Assembly: GCA_040285855.1 (NCBI GenBank)
Contig: JAUFOQ010000001.1
Location: forward strand, 1,674,001 to 1,738,000
Direction of reading: 5' to 3'
Length of the DNA stretch: 64,000 bases
Source of the DNA: Eukaryota sp. GEM-RC1
Taxonomy: Eukaryota
The translations under genes were made by a program, and so were the position numbers. The notes under the pieces are model-generated. The model worked only from the letters and a program-made list of their open reading frames with translations. It had not been told where the DNA came from and made no database searches. Every line of letters starts with the position of its first letter. Position 1 is the first letter of the stretch. This document shows, one piece after another, positions 1 to 14,073 of the stretch.

Positions 1-682
1 ATCAATCACTTCTTTAGCAATCAATTAATACATTACATCATCTTCCTTTTGCGACTCATCATCATTATCAATTGTTACAGTAGGGTTAGTAAAAAGCTGA
101 CAGATCTTAAATGGAATAGCGGTGGTTGTCACAGTTGGGTCTTCAGCATATAGGCTAGACCAGCTAGCCCATGCTGTGTCAGAAGCATCAATAGATGGAT
201 TTTCTTGTTGTAAATGTTCGACGGTTACTGACCAAGCTGCTGTTTTGTCTGTTGTTTTAAGATATTGGTTATACTCTTTCGAAGTCACATTATCCACTCC
301 GACTTTCACAGAGAACGCAGAAACTTTTCTATTTTTAGGAGTAGAAGACAATCAGGCGTTGACCCACTTTTTGATTGTAGTTCGATCAACCCTTTCAAAA
401 TTCCATCCTGTACCGTAGGAGAAAAGGAATTGGTAATCTGCTTGAGGGTGAGACTTGACTTCAGAAGCAGTACGTGCGAATACCAAATCGTGTTGTCAAC
501 AACGTAGAACAATCCACAGCAATATCAAATCGGCATGACGATATGACATTGGTCCCAAATCTTGTTGCTGCTGGTTTCAGAAGTTCTACATTACTACATT
601 TTCCACGTCATCATAATATGCCACGTCATCATAAGGTGGAATGCTTAAGCTAACATTGGGTTCGTTCTGTACAAACAACGAA

Positions 683-1072
683 CTAGTTGATACCTAAAAC
701 TTTCGCATGCACCGAAAATTTAGCTTTCAAAAACGCTTTGTCAACTTCAAGTATTATCGATTTCAGCCAAGAATATTTGCGAGTGGCATCCTTTTCTACA
801 TTAGAGAAGGGTTTCTGTTCTGATACAATCCAGTCCAACCAACCATAAATTGAAGCAGCTTTGTCAGTGGATTGCTGGATGACGTACGATGTTGCCAAAG
901 GCTGAGAGTCGTCGCTAATTAGCAATTCGGTCCAGTTTTTGTGGTTGTTCAGAACATGAGTTTTCAAGTTCTGAAAACCAGTATTAGATGTAAACCACAC
1001 GGTCATTGGCTCAATCTCGTAGTTGTTTTCGTCTAAGATGAGGTGATGACAAGTATTGCAGTAATCTGTCAT
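683..1072 (-). pseudogene. hAT transposase N-terminal fragment (BED-like zinc finger)
   Basis: YCNTC...NTGFQNLKTHVLNNHKNW followed by SIYGWLDWIVSEQKPFSNVE; similar to the BED-like fragment at 32722; truncated. Confidence 0.6.
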
Positions 1073-1102
1073 CTTGTTCTCTTTGCCAGACCTTAAAGGA
1101 GA

Positions 1103-1340
1103 TTGGAGATTATCGACAGTAAAAAACTGGTCCGCAAATTCTTTGCTGTCGAGTTAGGTAATCCCGCTACAATGAATTCCTTGGGTACATTGTACGAACA
1201 AGGAGTCTCTGTGGAAAAGACATCGACAAAGCCGTCAGAAATGATAAAATGGCTGCTGATCGGGGAAATTCTTGTGCCGAAAGTAATCTGTATTACAATG
1301 GAATTGGTGTTGAAGTAGATTATCGGAAAGCTTATATAAC
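1103..1340 (+). pseudogene. Sel1-like repeat protein fragment (frameshifted)
   Basis: AVELGNPATMNSLGTLYEQGVSVEK and AADRGNSCAESNLYYNGIGVEVDYRKA match the Sel1 repeat consensus; split across frames. Confidence 0.7.
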
Positions 1341-3503
1341 AACTTCTACAATTGAATTCTTCGGAATTGATGTTGTTCTTGATTTGATACCATGTATGTT
1401 GAATAAATCACTCTTCGTATTGCGCTTGTAAGTTAGTACTTTTACAATCGCATAATTTACCACCGTCAGCAGTAATTAGTTTCACTGAGAGTAATTTTGT
1501 ATGTTGGCCTAATTTTGTCGATCGAAAGCGTGTCTAGTTACAACAAAAGCCAACCGATGTCCATAATGTCTTTCATCGCAGTTAAGTTTACCGTCTAAAA
1601 GTCGACAATCAAGGCGCAACTCACACTCAGTTTTTTTTTAGCAACATCAGCGTTTAGAGATTGGGGCTGATGGATTTAATGCAGAAGAGCGAAATCTGCC
1701 GTTTGGTTTTGGATACTTGGCTTGTTTTCATATTCTTGTCACGAATTAAATTGATATGGAAAGGGCTAGTAATATCGAGTTTCAATGAAATACATCTGAT
1801 TGGTCACACGGTTCGTCATTAATTTCTTGAATTTTTCAGTAATTTCGCCGTATATTCAGTACACTTTTCATGTCGATTTTCCACCTTTTGGTGTGTAAAT
1901 GGAATACATGTATATCAACACGGAACTTTCGTCATTTTTAATGGAACTTAGGAAACATGTAATTAATATGGTCTTTAGTCAATCAGTGAATCTAAGATAA
2001 TAAAAACTAGAATCAATCCTAAGCAACATCATTAGAATACAAATCATATTGACTTCAGAATCTACGAAAAAAGCAACTTCTCCCAACACCCATCAACTCC
2101 GCTCTCCTGCCGAAGCTTCTTACATATTTGCAGCTGTCCAAAAGATTGTCTTCTATATCTTAAAGAAATTAAAGCACATCTTTTTCACTTATATGAACGT
2201 GTTTGTTCCATATCGACCGTTCATCGATCACCTGTATCCGATGGCTTTTTTTAAACGAAGATGTTCTATGATACGGAAAGCTAAAGTTAAAACATCCATA
2301 ATTTCGAAAAGAGACTCTCTTTATTGTTAGGAATGATAATTATTAATCAGTTAGTATTTATTTTTATGAGATTAGTTTCCGGAAGGAACACTTCAGTAGA
2401 CTCTAATGTAGTAGTCTTAGAAATATTCCTGTAGTACTGAAAGCCAACTTGCTAACGTAGACCAAATCTCAATGGTTGTGGCAATTAGCCAAAATCGTTA
2501 TCTCTACCACCACATTTAAGAAGGACATGTTCTCGCTTATAGTATGTCAATTGTGTCAATTACTCATCAATTTGGGTTATTTTAGAACGATTGCTGGTGG
2601 TAGCCTAATTGTAGATGGATTTAATATTCATGTGTCTCCATTTATACATGATTTTTTTAAAAAGTCTGTACTTTTCTATTATATATTAGCTCCTTTTCTT
2701 TGGAGGCATTCATGGCAAATGGTTAGGTCCATTGTGGGTGATTTAAAGTCAACTCGACTCTTCTCGTATCAACCTCTCAAACTTGGTCACCAATAACACC
2801 AGCTACTCCTCTTCTATTTTCTGTAAGGAAGAAATTGTTAGGCAGTTTTCTTGATATTGGTGTGGGTAAAAAAGTATATTTGGACAAAGTATCATGTTTT
2901 AGAATTAAAAAATATAATTTAACTACTGTAGAAGAAGCTATGATAGGAAATCAAAATGCAATCATTAAAAATCTATTTCTCCATCATGTCAACCTGTATG
3001 ACAAAGTGATCGCACTTTTCCCGAACAATGACTTACCAGATCATTCAACTACGGAACGTTACTGAACGACAAAATCGTGGTAGTAGAATCAAGACCTACT
3101 GGGACAGAGTCTTAAGGCTTGCCAAGAAGCACAATGTGCTTTGAAACACGTTTCAAAGTGATCGTGACGAAAATTCAAAAGTTTGAAGTGTTATGACGAT
3201 TTCATTCTAGTTGTCGGCACTTATACAATCCGAAAGTTAGACTTGTATGAAAGGGAGCTGATTGGTGAACAACCTGTAATGGATCTTTGCTCTTGTCAAC
3301 ACGATGACAGAATTATAGATGCAGTGTATGTAAAGCGTTATGACACAATAATGTACATCACGGAATTTGGGTTCTGCATTGGTTTCGGTTTGAAACTACA
3401 ATAGAAGCAAGTCCAGTTTATAATTGACTGTTTATGTGGTGATTTAGCTGTTCAATTACCAAAAATTGAGTTTTGTAATGATTTGGATTCTTTTATTATT
3501 CTG

Positions 3504-3831
3504 TAAGTAAATCAATCAAATAATCTACAAATACAACACGCGAAAAATGGCCTTGCTTACTGTGACAAGCTACGAAACCGTCAACACTTATGGTAACAAT
3601 GAACGAAAACTGGCGCTCTTTGAAATTATTTGGTCTTATAGCATGTACTGGTTCACCTTGTGGTGATTTTCCATACTTTCTTGACACATGTTCCAATCTA
3701 AATGAAAGTTTATCCACTAAAACGAGCTGTTGTTGAACCACAATGTCAAAGTTCCGAAGAAACGAAACAGAAAACGAATGTATGAGGATGGCTTTGGCTC
3801 TTTGAACCATAGATGGGAAATACAACTTCAT
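3504..3831 (-). pseudogene. Tc1/IS630-like transposase fragment, truncated at the duplication boundary
   Basis: LVLVDKLSF...YGKSPQGE...VTISVDGFV; the copy at 20597 continues to LIMDGCRIH. Confidence 0.6.
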
Positions 3832-4199
3832 GCCTCTGTATTAATACAATTACAAATACAACGAATACAAATACAATAATTCTATTACTTGGGTGTTTTT
3901 CAATTGTATTTCAGGTGAAAATACAAAAGTTACTTTGATAAGACCATTTACAATAATCAACTACCGTATACTATGAAGTGGTATTGCAAAAAACTTTCTA
4001 CGTTTCATCGTTTTCACACCGAACGTAGTTCAACTTTTGTTTTACACTATAGAAACACACCAAAAATCAAATATTATGATAGAGAGTGGGTGAGCACTCA
4101 AGTTAAAATTGAACTCAAAAGTATACAACTTCATCTACTGGTAGATTCAACTTCTGAGGTCTTTGATGTGATTACAGTTGGTGTTTGTAAAAAAGTGCA

Positions 4200-4990
4200 T
4201 TTAATTAAGCCCTCCACGGTCATTTGCTTTAGAGAATCTTACACCCTTTTTCAGCGATTCAAAGTTATAACTGAAGAACTATTTTTTGAAAGAAAAAAAA
4301 TGACCGCTGGACATTTTTATATGCTTGCTTTTTCGATGATAACAATTAATGTTGCTTTTTGACTAATAAATCTGAATAGAATTTCGTTATCCTTCCTTTT
4401 AGTACAACAACAAGATTCAATGAAAGGTATAAGGTAACAAAAGCTAAATCCGATTCCAAGGTCTATTTTCCAGGATCAAAATCTTCGAATATGTCTTGTT
4501 TCCAACACTATGAACCATCTCTTTATTCCCCATCTTACGGGTTGCCCTGAAAAGTTACGGTTCAGGCTATTGCAATTAACCGTTCATGTCTTAAAGCAAT
4601 AATGAACGACTATGGTATTGGCATCAACAGTGTCTCTTTAAACCTCATTGAAAATTAAATCTCTCCCTATTACTACGATCAAACTATTGATCAATCTAAC
4701 ATTGATTCTTGACATGAGTGGAGAACTTTTAGTGATTTTCTTGTTCTATAACTCAATATGATTACACTGAATTTATACAGGATAGTGACACATCACAATT
4801 ACCGATAAAACCCAAATTTAAGTTAGTAAAACAACGAAATGTTGAATCTATTTGTGATATTCTTGCTCCATGTACGCGCTGCTATCTTCCGAGTCATCTG
4901 GTTCTGTGAACAAGGGTATGAAATATCGCTCTACTAGAGAAATTGTTGCAAGGGAAGAATTATTTATTTCGTATGTCATTGTATCACCTC
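4200..4990 (+). repeat. Dispersed repeat family (other copies ~8490-9245, ~9440-10020, inverted ~19440-20225), a decayed coding segment
   Basis: Shared blocks such as gaccgctggacat...tgtcttgtttccaacact...gactatggtattggcatcaacagtgtctc; translates to DYGIGINSVS...YYYDQ in several copies. Confidence 0.85.
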
Positions 4991-5469
4991 CATTATGACA
5001 ACAAAATGTGGTCCAATTATCTATATATCCTTAATATTGTTGTCCAACTTGGACTTCATCAGGTAGAGAACACGTGTCAAAAAATTCGGAAACTTGCCCA
5101 ACCCTTAACAGGGTCAACACAACATACACAAGAATTGCGTGATTGTTTTGACGACCTAATGTCATTTCTTACTCAACGATCACTAACAAGTTTGAGTCTC
5201 GATTTATAATTTCTTGGAGCTACCCTATATAGCAGAACCTTTAAATTTCAGCTTTTTACTATACTCTTTGTTAACGCTGAATCTCAGATTTATGTTGTAA
5301 TTCAACATAAACGTATGGATGTCAATTACTGTGAACTTGAACAGATGAGTTTTAAATATTGTCATTTGGCCTGAATGTGCACCTGAGTCTTAAATATCAA
5401 TAAACTTCGAATTTTAGTTTATTTTGACAGAAAAAAGATTAATGTTACACCTAGATTGCTTACTAATGT

Positions 5470-6384
5470 GTGTGTATCAACGACTTCGAAGACTGTATTT
5501 TCATTGAAGCATTTGAAATATTCTTGTGTATCACAAATGATGGAGTGTGTTTAGGTATAGGTGCAAAAAACAAAGAAATCATATTTTGTATATCTACGGG
5601 CATACAAGATCCATGTCAACTATTTTTTTCTCATACTTCAATGACAATTGGAATTGTTGATGTGTCAGGAGAAGTGATGACTTTATGTCGTTCTGGTGGT
5701 GATACAACTTTGGAACAAATTGATTTCCAATCATATTGTAGAAGTTTGGATAAATCATCAAACCCAAACAAACTATCACCAGCTGAAGGACCTCCTATTC
5801 AACTGAAAGAAAAAAAAGTTCAACGTTGTTCATTGCAAATTTGCGGATATCAATTCAATTTTGAAAGGGTTATTACATGGTATCCGCCCGCCGCCGAAAT
5901 CCGTGCTTTTCTTGCTGCAAATCCAACCTACGGATTCAGCAATGAAGCATCTTCCCAGATCCGCCATCCATCTATCGCTGGTGTTGCCCCACAGTCCGAT
6001 ATAGAAGCTCTTAAGTGTGCAACTGACACTTTTGAGCAGATCTATGGCCGTCACAGAGACAAGGGAACGGGGATGAGGAACAAAGTTAGAAGAGCGAACC
6101 CAGATACAAGTTGGTTCGAATTCCTGCTTCAGATTCTGAAACCGCTGAATCCGGTGATTCAGATCAGGAACACGTTGATCCCATTGTTTCTGTTGATCCT
6201 GTTCCCGCCATTGAACAGGAACCTTCATCTGATGATTCTCAGGAGGCATTTGATGAGGAAACTGATTCAGATGATTCAGATCATGAACTCGCTGCCGCCA
6301 TTCTTTCTTCTGCTGCTGCTATTTTATTACATGAAAAGGATCTATTGTTACACTGTATTGGCAAGATACAGTTGCTCCTACTGA
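5470..6384 (+). pseudogene. Mosaic ORF containing a conserved ~70-aa domain of unknown function
   Basis: PAAEIRAFLAANPTYGFSNEASSQIRH...HRDKGTGMRNKVRRA is homologous to the C-terminal part of 39191-39913; mirror copy at ~18030-18960 is disrupted. Confidence 0.45.
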
Positions 6385-6479
6385 TTCTTGTACTGGCAAT
6401 GTTTATGAACAAGAATTCGAAAAGAAATCCAACTTGCATTGAGCATGGTTTGCTCTACAAATTCAAACTAAATATATGA

Positions 6480-7090
6480 AAAGTAAATTTGCTAAGGAAT
6501 AACTTCCTTCCAAAAATTGATAACCTTATTGAGAATTCTGAGTGGGGGAAATTCCTTCCCCCACTGAATAGAATTACAAAAATAGACACAAGTACTGATC
6601 CAATGAAAACAGCTGAACCCAGAAAGATTTTAAAAGATACGAACCAGAAGTTCGGGAGAGAGAGAGTTATACATTTGTTCCGGACACATTTGTTTCCATG
6701 TGATAAGTTCCTAAACATAAACAAAAAGCACATCATAAAAAAGAAAAAATGATCAAGATAAAGAAACTCTTTGCAAATCGAAATAATCAAGCCAACTTCC
6801 AACATAACGTTAAAAGCAAACTTCAGATGTTTCACATACATTGGGCAATCAATATCTAATAAACGAAATCCATAAAGATAACGAGTGCTTTTAAAGTCTT
6901 AATGGTTTGTTGTCAAAAGAGAGGAACGAACTGTTGATTGCAACCTGAACACAATCAAAGAGAGTTAATGAAGATAAAATAATGACCATATGCAAGTTAG
7001 CAGCCTTCTTAACGAGATAGGTCAAAATTCAAGGAGAAACCTCATGAATCTTCTTGACTCAACAAGATTTCTGTTGTGACTCAGCAACAC
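6480..7090. repeat. Dispersed repeat family (pieces also at ~12930-13040, ~13340-13470, ~22850-22910, ~35820-36300 and in the right inverted arm)
   Basis: Shared sequence such as (reverse complement) ctattcagtgggggaaggaatttcccccactcagaatt and gagtcaagaagattcatgaggtttctccttgaattttgacc. Confidence 0.85.
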
Positions 7091-10000
7091 GTCTTGTTTC
7101 AGGCATCTCCTCGTTCTGTAAGGATATCTGCTGTGTATGAGGAACTTGTATAAGGACTTCAATCTTGGTGCAACTCCTTCCCCATTCTCAATCAACGCAA
7201 AAAGAGTCACAAACATACTCTTTCCGATATACTCTCGTAGTTATTTCTTTTACTTTCCTTAGCTCTTCTGTAGCATGACCTTTTGACTCCCCCCTTTTGA
7301 TAGTTATCTCTTGACGAAGTAAACTTCATCATGATGACGTTTGATGTGACGACGTCATTAATTTCATTTGTCAGACTTTTGACAACTTCTCCATACATGA
7401 ATATGAGATTAGTTGGTTTGTTTATCAGTTTTTCAAGACCTTAATGAAGAACTCTTCTACATCGTGACTTGCTCTCAGTACTACTTTAAAAGACATTCTT
7501 AGATTACTTATACTCTTTATTAGAAAATACAGAAGTCCTTTCGTCCTTTTGTGTACAATTTATCCACAACCATGTAATCAGAACATCTAGAACAGTGACA
7601 GAGTCTATCCTACGGCATTTCCAGACTTGATCCCCGACTTTCTTCCTCGTTTAGATCAATTGCGAGCGCATTTTCAGCCAATCTAATGGTCTTTAGGGAA
7701 GGGAAACATATCTTTCTTTCATGATCTTTCTTCACAATATAGCATTCTAGTTAAAGTTTGTCTCAGTAGAGGAACTTTGAGAAAAACAGAACCAAGCCAT
7801 ACCAACGAACACTTCCATGTTCAAAGTGGCTTGTATGTACTTTATGTTGGAAGATAGTCATATATTTGCATATATTGGTACACGATGATGGACTTAGAGT
7901 TGACAATGTGGTTGTATTACTGAAGAACCCAGCTTTTACTGTTCGTCTAGAGATTCTGACTAAACGTGTATAGATTTATTTTCCTTGTAAATACACTGAC
8001 GCATACATGACAAAATTGAGGGAAGATAATCGACTCCACTTCGGTTCACATCTAGTACGAAGAATGGCGGAATTCGAAATTCCATTCAGCAAATTATTGA
8101 TGATTATGAGTTGACTTATTGCGTTTTAGCAATTACTACTTATTGTGCAGCAAACATGAGATGTGGAATTCCTGATGGGATACTTCATCGACTGTACGCT
8201 GCCAACATAATCAACACTGTTGTCCAGAGTGGCTTGGATCATGTAAACCAAACGTTACCACAAGTGTTGAAGTTTGTGAAGAATTTCCATGGGCCACCAA
8301 AATTGTTGAGACTTTTTAAATTAGCAGCTGACGCTAGAAAATTAAGGTTTAAAATATCTGTCAAAACAAGGTGAAGCTTAACGTTTGACATGATTGCAGG
8401 ATATTTCCTTCAACTGGAACTCGTTAACAGTGTGCTTGATGTAATACAGACCTACAAATGTTAAAGATAACTGAATCTGAACAGTGTTTCTTGGAGAATC
8501 TTATACCCTTTTTGAGCGATTCAAAGTTATAACTGAAGAACAATCTTTTGAAAAAAACGTGACCGCTGGACACTTATATATACTGGTTTTTTCGATGATA
8601 ACAATTAATGTTGTTTTTGACTAATAAATCTTAATAGAATTTTGTTATCCTTCCTTTTAGTAAAAACACAAGATTTAATGAAATGTATTAGGTAACAAAA
8701 GCTCAATCCGTTCGAATCTGAGATGACAAATCCGATTCCAAGATCTAGTTTCCAGGATCACAATTTCCGAATATGTCTTGTTTCCAACACTTTGAACCAT
8801 CGTTATTCCCCATCTTACACATTGCCTTGAAAAGTTCAGTTTCAGGATATTGCAATTGATGGTTCATTTCTTGAAAAAAAATGAAAGACTATGTTATTGA
8901 CATCAACAGTGTCTCTTTTTGGCACATTGCAAATTGAATCTCTCTCTATTACTACGGTCAAACTATTGATTAATCTAACATTGATGCTGAGAACTTTTAG
9001 TGATCTTATTGTTCTCCAACTCAAACTGATTACACTGATTTTATACAAGATAGTGACACATGATAATTACCGATAAAACCTAAATTTAAGTTAGTGAAAC
9101 AACTAAATGTTGAATCTATTTGTGATATTCCTGCTCCATGTACGCGCTGCTTTCGTCCAGGTGATCTGGTTCTGTGAACAAGGGTATGAAATATCGATCA
9201 AATGGAGAAATTGTAGCAAGAGAAGAATGATTTATTTCGTATGAGCCTGTCCAAAGTGTAGCTAGAGTAGAAACATAAGATGCATTGTAATGGTAGATAG
9301 AATAAACTATTTTAAATTGAGTATCGTTATAGCCATCACATGTTTGAGAGCTAAGAAAGAATTGTAGCACGACTAAAAATTCTCGTGTACTATATGGTGC
9401 ACTTTTTTAACCTAGTGCTATGTGGGACGAATGGTGATTTAAACGATTCAAAGTTATAACTCAAGAACTATATTTTGAAAAAAAGGTGACCGCTGGACAT
9501 TCTTATATGCTTGTTTTTTCGATGATGGCAATTAATGTTGCTTTTTGACTAATAAATCTTAATAGAGTTTTGATATCCTTCCTTTTAGTACAAATACAAG
9601 ATTCAAGGAAATGTATAAGGTAAAAAAACTAAATCCGATCGGATCTGAGATAAAAAAATCCTATTCCAAGGTCTAGTTTCCAGGATCAAAATCTTCGATT
9701 ATGTCTTGTTTCCAACACTGTGAACTATCTCGTTATTCCCCATCTTACGGGTTGCCTTGAAAAGTTACGGTTCAGGCTATTGCAATTTACCGTTCATCTC
9801 TTAAAGAAATAATGAAAGACTATGGTATTGGCATCAACAGTGTCTCTTTTTGTCACATTGAAAAATATATAACTACCTATTACTACGATCAAAATATTGA
9901 TCAATCTAACTTTGATGCTGGACATGAGTTGAGAACTTTTAGGGATCTTATTGATGACATTGATTTTATACAAGATAGTGACACATCAAAATTACCGATA

Positions 10001-10304
10001 AAACCTAAATTTAAGTTAAAACCAAAAACTTGCGAACGAAGGGTTGTGTCAGTGAATGGTTCAGAACTTTTATTTGTAACGATCCATGCACAAGACATCA
10101 TTAGAATACAAATCGTTTTTACTTCAGAATTTACGAAAAAGCAACTTTTCCCAACACCCATCAACTCCGCTCTCCTGCCGAAGTTTCTTACATATTTTCA
10201 TCTGTCCAAAAAAATTGTCTCCTCTATCAAGAACATCTTTTCACTTCTATGAACATGTTTGTTCCATATCAACCATCCATCGATCACCTTTATATGATGG
10301 CATG

Positions 10305-10920
10305 ATAAATCGTCACATTAACAATCATTTTTAAAATGAACTTGCTTCTCTGGTAGTTTAAATGAATTGTTGAAAGACTACATAAATTCAGGTGTGTTCA
10401 AACCTAAGGGTCTAAAGAAGTGTGCTTCTAAATTTCGTTTTTGCCCTTATCACTGATAGAATCGTAAAAGATAACGAGTTTTTGATTTTGTTCATACAAT
10501 TTTTGAACCTGTCTGGCATCAGTTGGCAGATCAAAGATTATACAAAGCTCAGCCTGAACAGTATTGTTAACTGTTAATTGAGTAGTACTAATCATTATAA
10601 CAGATAGATCATCCTTTTGAAATGTCTGTTACTGTGTTCCCTCGAACGTTTACTTTGTTTGCCGGTCAGTTCAAAGGAGTTCTCCAGTGAGTCATATATT
10701 TTGAATATATACGTAAAGGATCCAAAATCGTATGAAATTTCCATTAAAAATCCAATGCCCTTGAGATGCCTTATGTCCTTCAAAAGTTGTTGGAGTCAAA
10801 CCTATTGGCGCTAAAATGTTTGAGGATTATAGAGCAGAACGAAGTTCGTTGTCACAACGTTTACGAAATCTAATAGGATCGTGCATTATTTCTTGACTTT
10901 GTTTAAATGTGGGGCGATTT
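10305..10920 (-). pseudogene. Repeat (second copy ~14950-15570, partial ~24380-24537) encoding a Ulp1/C48-like protease fragment
   Basis: The 15240-15570 copy reads ILAPIG...GHWI*MEISY...IFKIYDSL, resembling the HW...YDSL motif of Ulp1 peptidases; the two copies align over ~600 bp. Confidence 0.45.
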
Positions 10921-11114
10921 ATTTTTAGCATGTTGCTCCAAGTAATGAGCTATTAACACATCAACAGTATTTTAGGTCAGGGTCTGACTTTGGGTTTTGA
11001 CTTATAATATAATTTGACTTATCCTGTACTTTATGTCTCAGATTACTTTCAATATCTTCACATACTGAAAGTGATACATCTTAATAATACAGATCTACTT
11101 CTACTTCTAGCTTT

Positions 11115-11436
11115 TCTAAGGAGCTGGACACGACTTTAGCTTGTGATCTGCGTTGCCACATTTTCCACAAGCTCTCAAACACTTTGTGGCGTAATGTCCT
11201 TCTTCGTTGCAGTTTGAGCACCTAGGTCTTCAACGTTCTGGTCTTCGATTCTCTTCATCACCTACAACTCTATTTACACCTACACTTCGTCTTGCCAAAA
11301 CGAAAGTTTTTCTTGAATCATAAATGATAGTAGACACGTGGGACTTGATATTTCTTTGCACAACAGGATTACTCGTGTTGGCAGCTTCAGACACAATGCC
11401 AAGCATATTATTCATTGCTTTTTGTGTGTTTGGCAT
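11115..11436 (-). pseudogene. Fragment ending in two tandem CCHC zinc knuckles (gag-like or transposase C-terminus)
   Basis: After one TGA the frame reads RPRCSNCNEEGHYATKCLRACGKCGNADHKLKSCP (two CX2CX4HX4C motifs). Confidence 0.6.
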
Positions 11437-14073
11437 ATCTGATATTTGGGGATTAAATCGATTTCCTAGTGATCTAATAGATTGATAGAGTTTCAGCTTT
11501 CCAGCGTAACTTGCATTATAGTGGTTAAGTAGGTTTTAAGTTGATCTTATCAGTATAAAAGTACTTCTAACTGTAAAAGCTCATTCAATCATTTGTATTT
11601 TTGTTACATCTTTCTCGTTAAAAACAACAAAAGAATTATTTTGGAGGTCAAAATTGAAAATCTCATATTGGAATTAGTCTCACTGAAACTAATTGGAAAC
11701 AATCGGTGTAGTTCTAACCACTATAGATTGAGCTTTTGCACGAAGGTTCTTTACATCCATAAAAGCGAAGTATGTGCCTGGACAATTTTCTCCCAGAATG
11801 GAAGCTGCTCTTTTAGGTGTAACCTTATCTAGAGACAACGATGTTTGCGGGTTCCTGGAGAGGTACAATAGAGTCCTGCTAGAGCTTTTCTCTTCTTCAC
11901 AAGATGATGGGTATGCACATTTATAATCGATTTGGATAACCATTTGTAATCCTGACGATGACGATAGACCTTCGACTTGCAATTGGTATCCAAATGCTAC
12001 TTCTGTCACTTTACTTCAAGATGTCTGTTGTAACAGCCCCTCGAATAGAGCCCCCTAATTGATGAGGGATTCTAGAATGGAACTAGGTGCTCTACGCAGG
12101 ATGATACAGTGTATATAGAGCAAGTTGTATATTCTGTCGAAGCCGACAGAAATGACAATACCCCATCATTCCTCACGCTGTCAGTGGTATTAGTCAGCGA
12201 AATTGATACATCGAGTGCTGGAGAAGACGTTCAATTTTACAGAGTGCCTTCTTACTTGCTCGAATATAAATCTAAAACCCTTCATTTATATATAAATTAT
12301 AATGGAAAATGTTTTATGATGTGGATTAAGAACTATACTCCAACAGGAACTTCATCCCTCTTCTATCTTGGAAAGTTGGTTTCAAAGCATGTCCAATTCT
12401 TTTCACGATCTTAAAAGGTATATGAAGACGATATGGTATCAAAAGAACAAAACTGTCCATCTACCATAGTGCAAAGATGATGTGTGTATGGAAGATATCA
12501 AAAGAATTCCTAAGATCGTTATAAAGAGGTTTTATGTGTATGAAAAGGAAGAAGTGAGAAATCAAGAGGGAGTTTTGTGATGTCGATCTTCTTCATAGCG
12601 CAGTCAGTGGCATTGCTTGACTTATACCAGTCGAGTTGATTCCCACAGTGCACGAGACCGGAAAATTAGGACCAAGGATTGTGATCCCCCTTGGTCGAGC
12701 AACCACACGACTTCTAGAAAGAACTCTGACACTAAAAGAGAGTAAGAACTCAAAGAGTAAGTCTGATGGATGATGTCCTCAGTGTGGAATATCTTTTGAA
12801 AGACTAAAGACGATGTATCAAGTAAAGGGGTATGTGGAATAAGTCACGCCGTGAGAGACTTGTTCATTGAAGAAGAGAAGTTCACCAGATAGAGGAGAGG
12901 AGAGATTATGACAATACTCTTGACACATGACGTGTTGCTGAGTCAGAACAGAAATCCTGTTGAGTCAACAAGATTCGTGAGGTTTCTCCTTGAATTTTGA
13001 CCTATATCCTTAAGAAGGCTAGTAACTTGCTTTTTGTCATTATTATTACACCTTCAACATATCCCTCGTATGAACTCTATCAACTTATTTCAGAATAAGT
13101 CCATCCTGCCTAAAGAAGAAAGACGACCAGTATACTATGCTCTACTCTACTCACGTATGTTCTGAAGACTTGACAGAATGTGTACTTGATCAACAACTTG
13201 TACAGTTTTGTGGAGCTTTTGTTGTACAGTCAGCTCTATCAGTGAAGCTCTAGAATATTGAATCTTTCCTGATATCTAGAAATTTATTGATGGTTCCATC
13301 AAAACTTGGAACAAAAAATGTGATCTCCATACATACGACCTATTCAGAATTGATTGTTTTCTTTGTAGTTCTATTCAGTGCGGGAAGGAATTTCCCCCAC
13401 TCAGAATTTCAATTCTGGCTAACATTTTTGGAAGGAAGTAAGCCCTTGAAAAAATTGTTTGTTATATATAAAATATTTATTTCAAGATCAAACCATCTAG
13501 AGGAATCTAGAAGTCTTTGTTCTTCTTCTCCCAAACTTGACTGTTACTCTTCTGGTTTAAGACGATGAGATAAAGAAAAAATGTCATCACATGGCAGTCG
13601 AGAGTTGATGTCAGTAGATGGTGAAATCTCAATTTCTTCTTTCTTCAGCTGGACTTCAGTTGATATACAGATATTTCTAAAGAAATATCAACTGGTTGCT
13701 GAGGACCGGTTAGTCTAATAATGAGTACTTTAGGAAGAGACGCAAGGGTTTCAGTAATTTCTGATTTTGGATCTGAACAGTAAGGATTAGTACAACTTCC
13801 GTTGTACAACTTGTTTAGTTTCAGGGTCCTTAATTTCGACAATGCGGCTTTCTTCATCTGTATCCACAAAAGTATAGTGCTCGAGAAAATGACAAAAGTT
13901 AAAAAAATCTGGAAAGTAATTGAGAAGTGTAGGACGAATCTCTGATATTATTAAAATCATCCCACATAATACTAAGAGAAGTTTGATTATATAGATCATC
14001 AAATCCGTCATCATTTACAGGATCGTCTGTAGGATCGTCAGTATGTTCAAAATCAGAATCTTTGACATCAACA

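Larger units (their letters stand above)
3504..7680. repeat. Left arm of ~4.1-kb inverted duplication (partner 16829-20924)
   Basis: Mirror ORFs that are identical or nearly so (3496-3831/20597-21079, 4943-5209/19221-19487, 6455-6841/17670-18056); boundaries read directly from the sequence. Confidence 0.95.
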
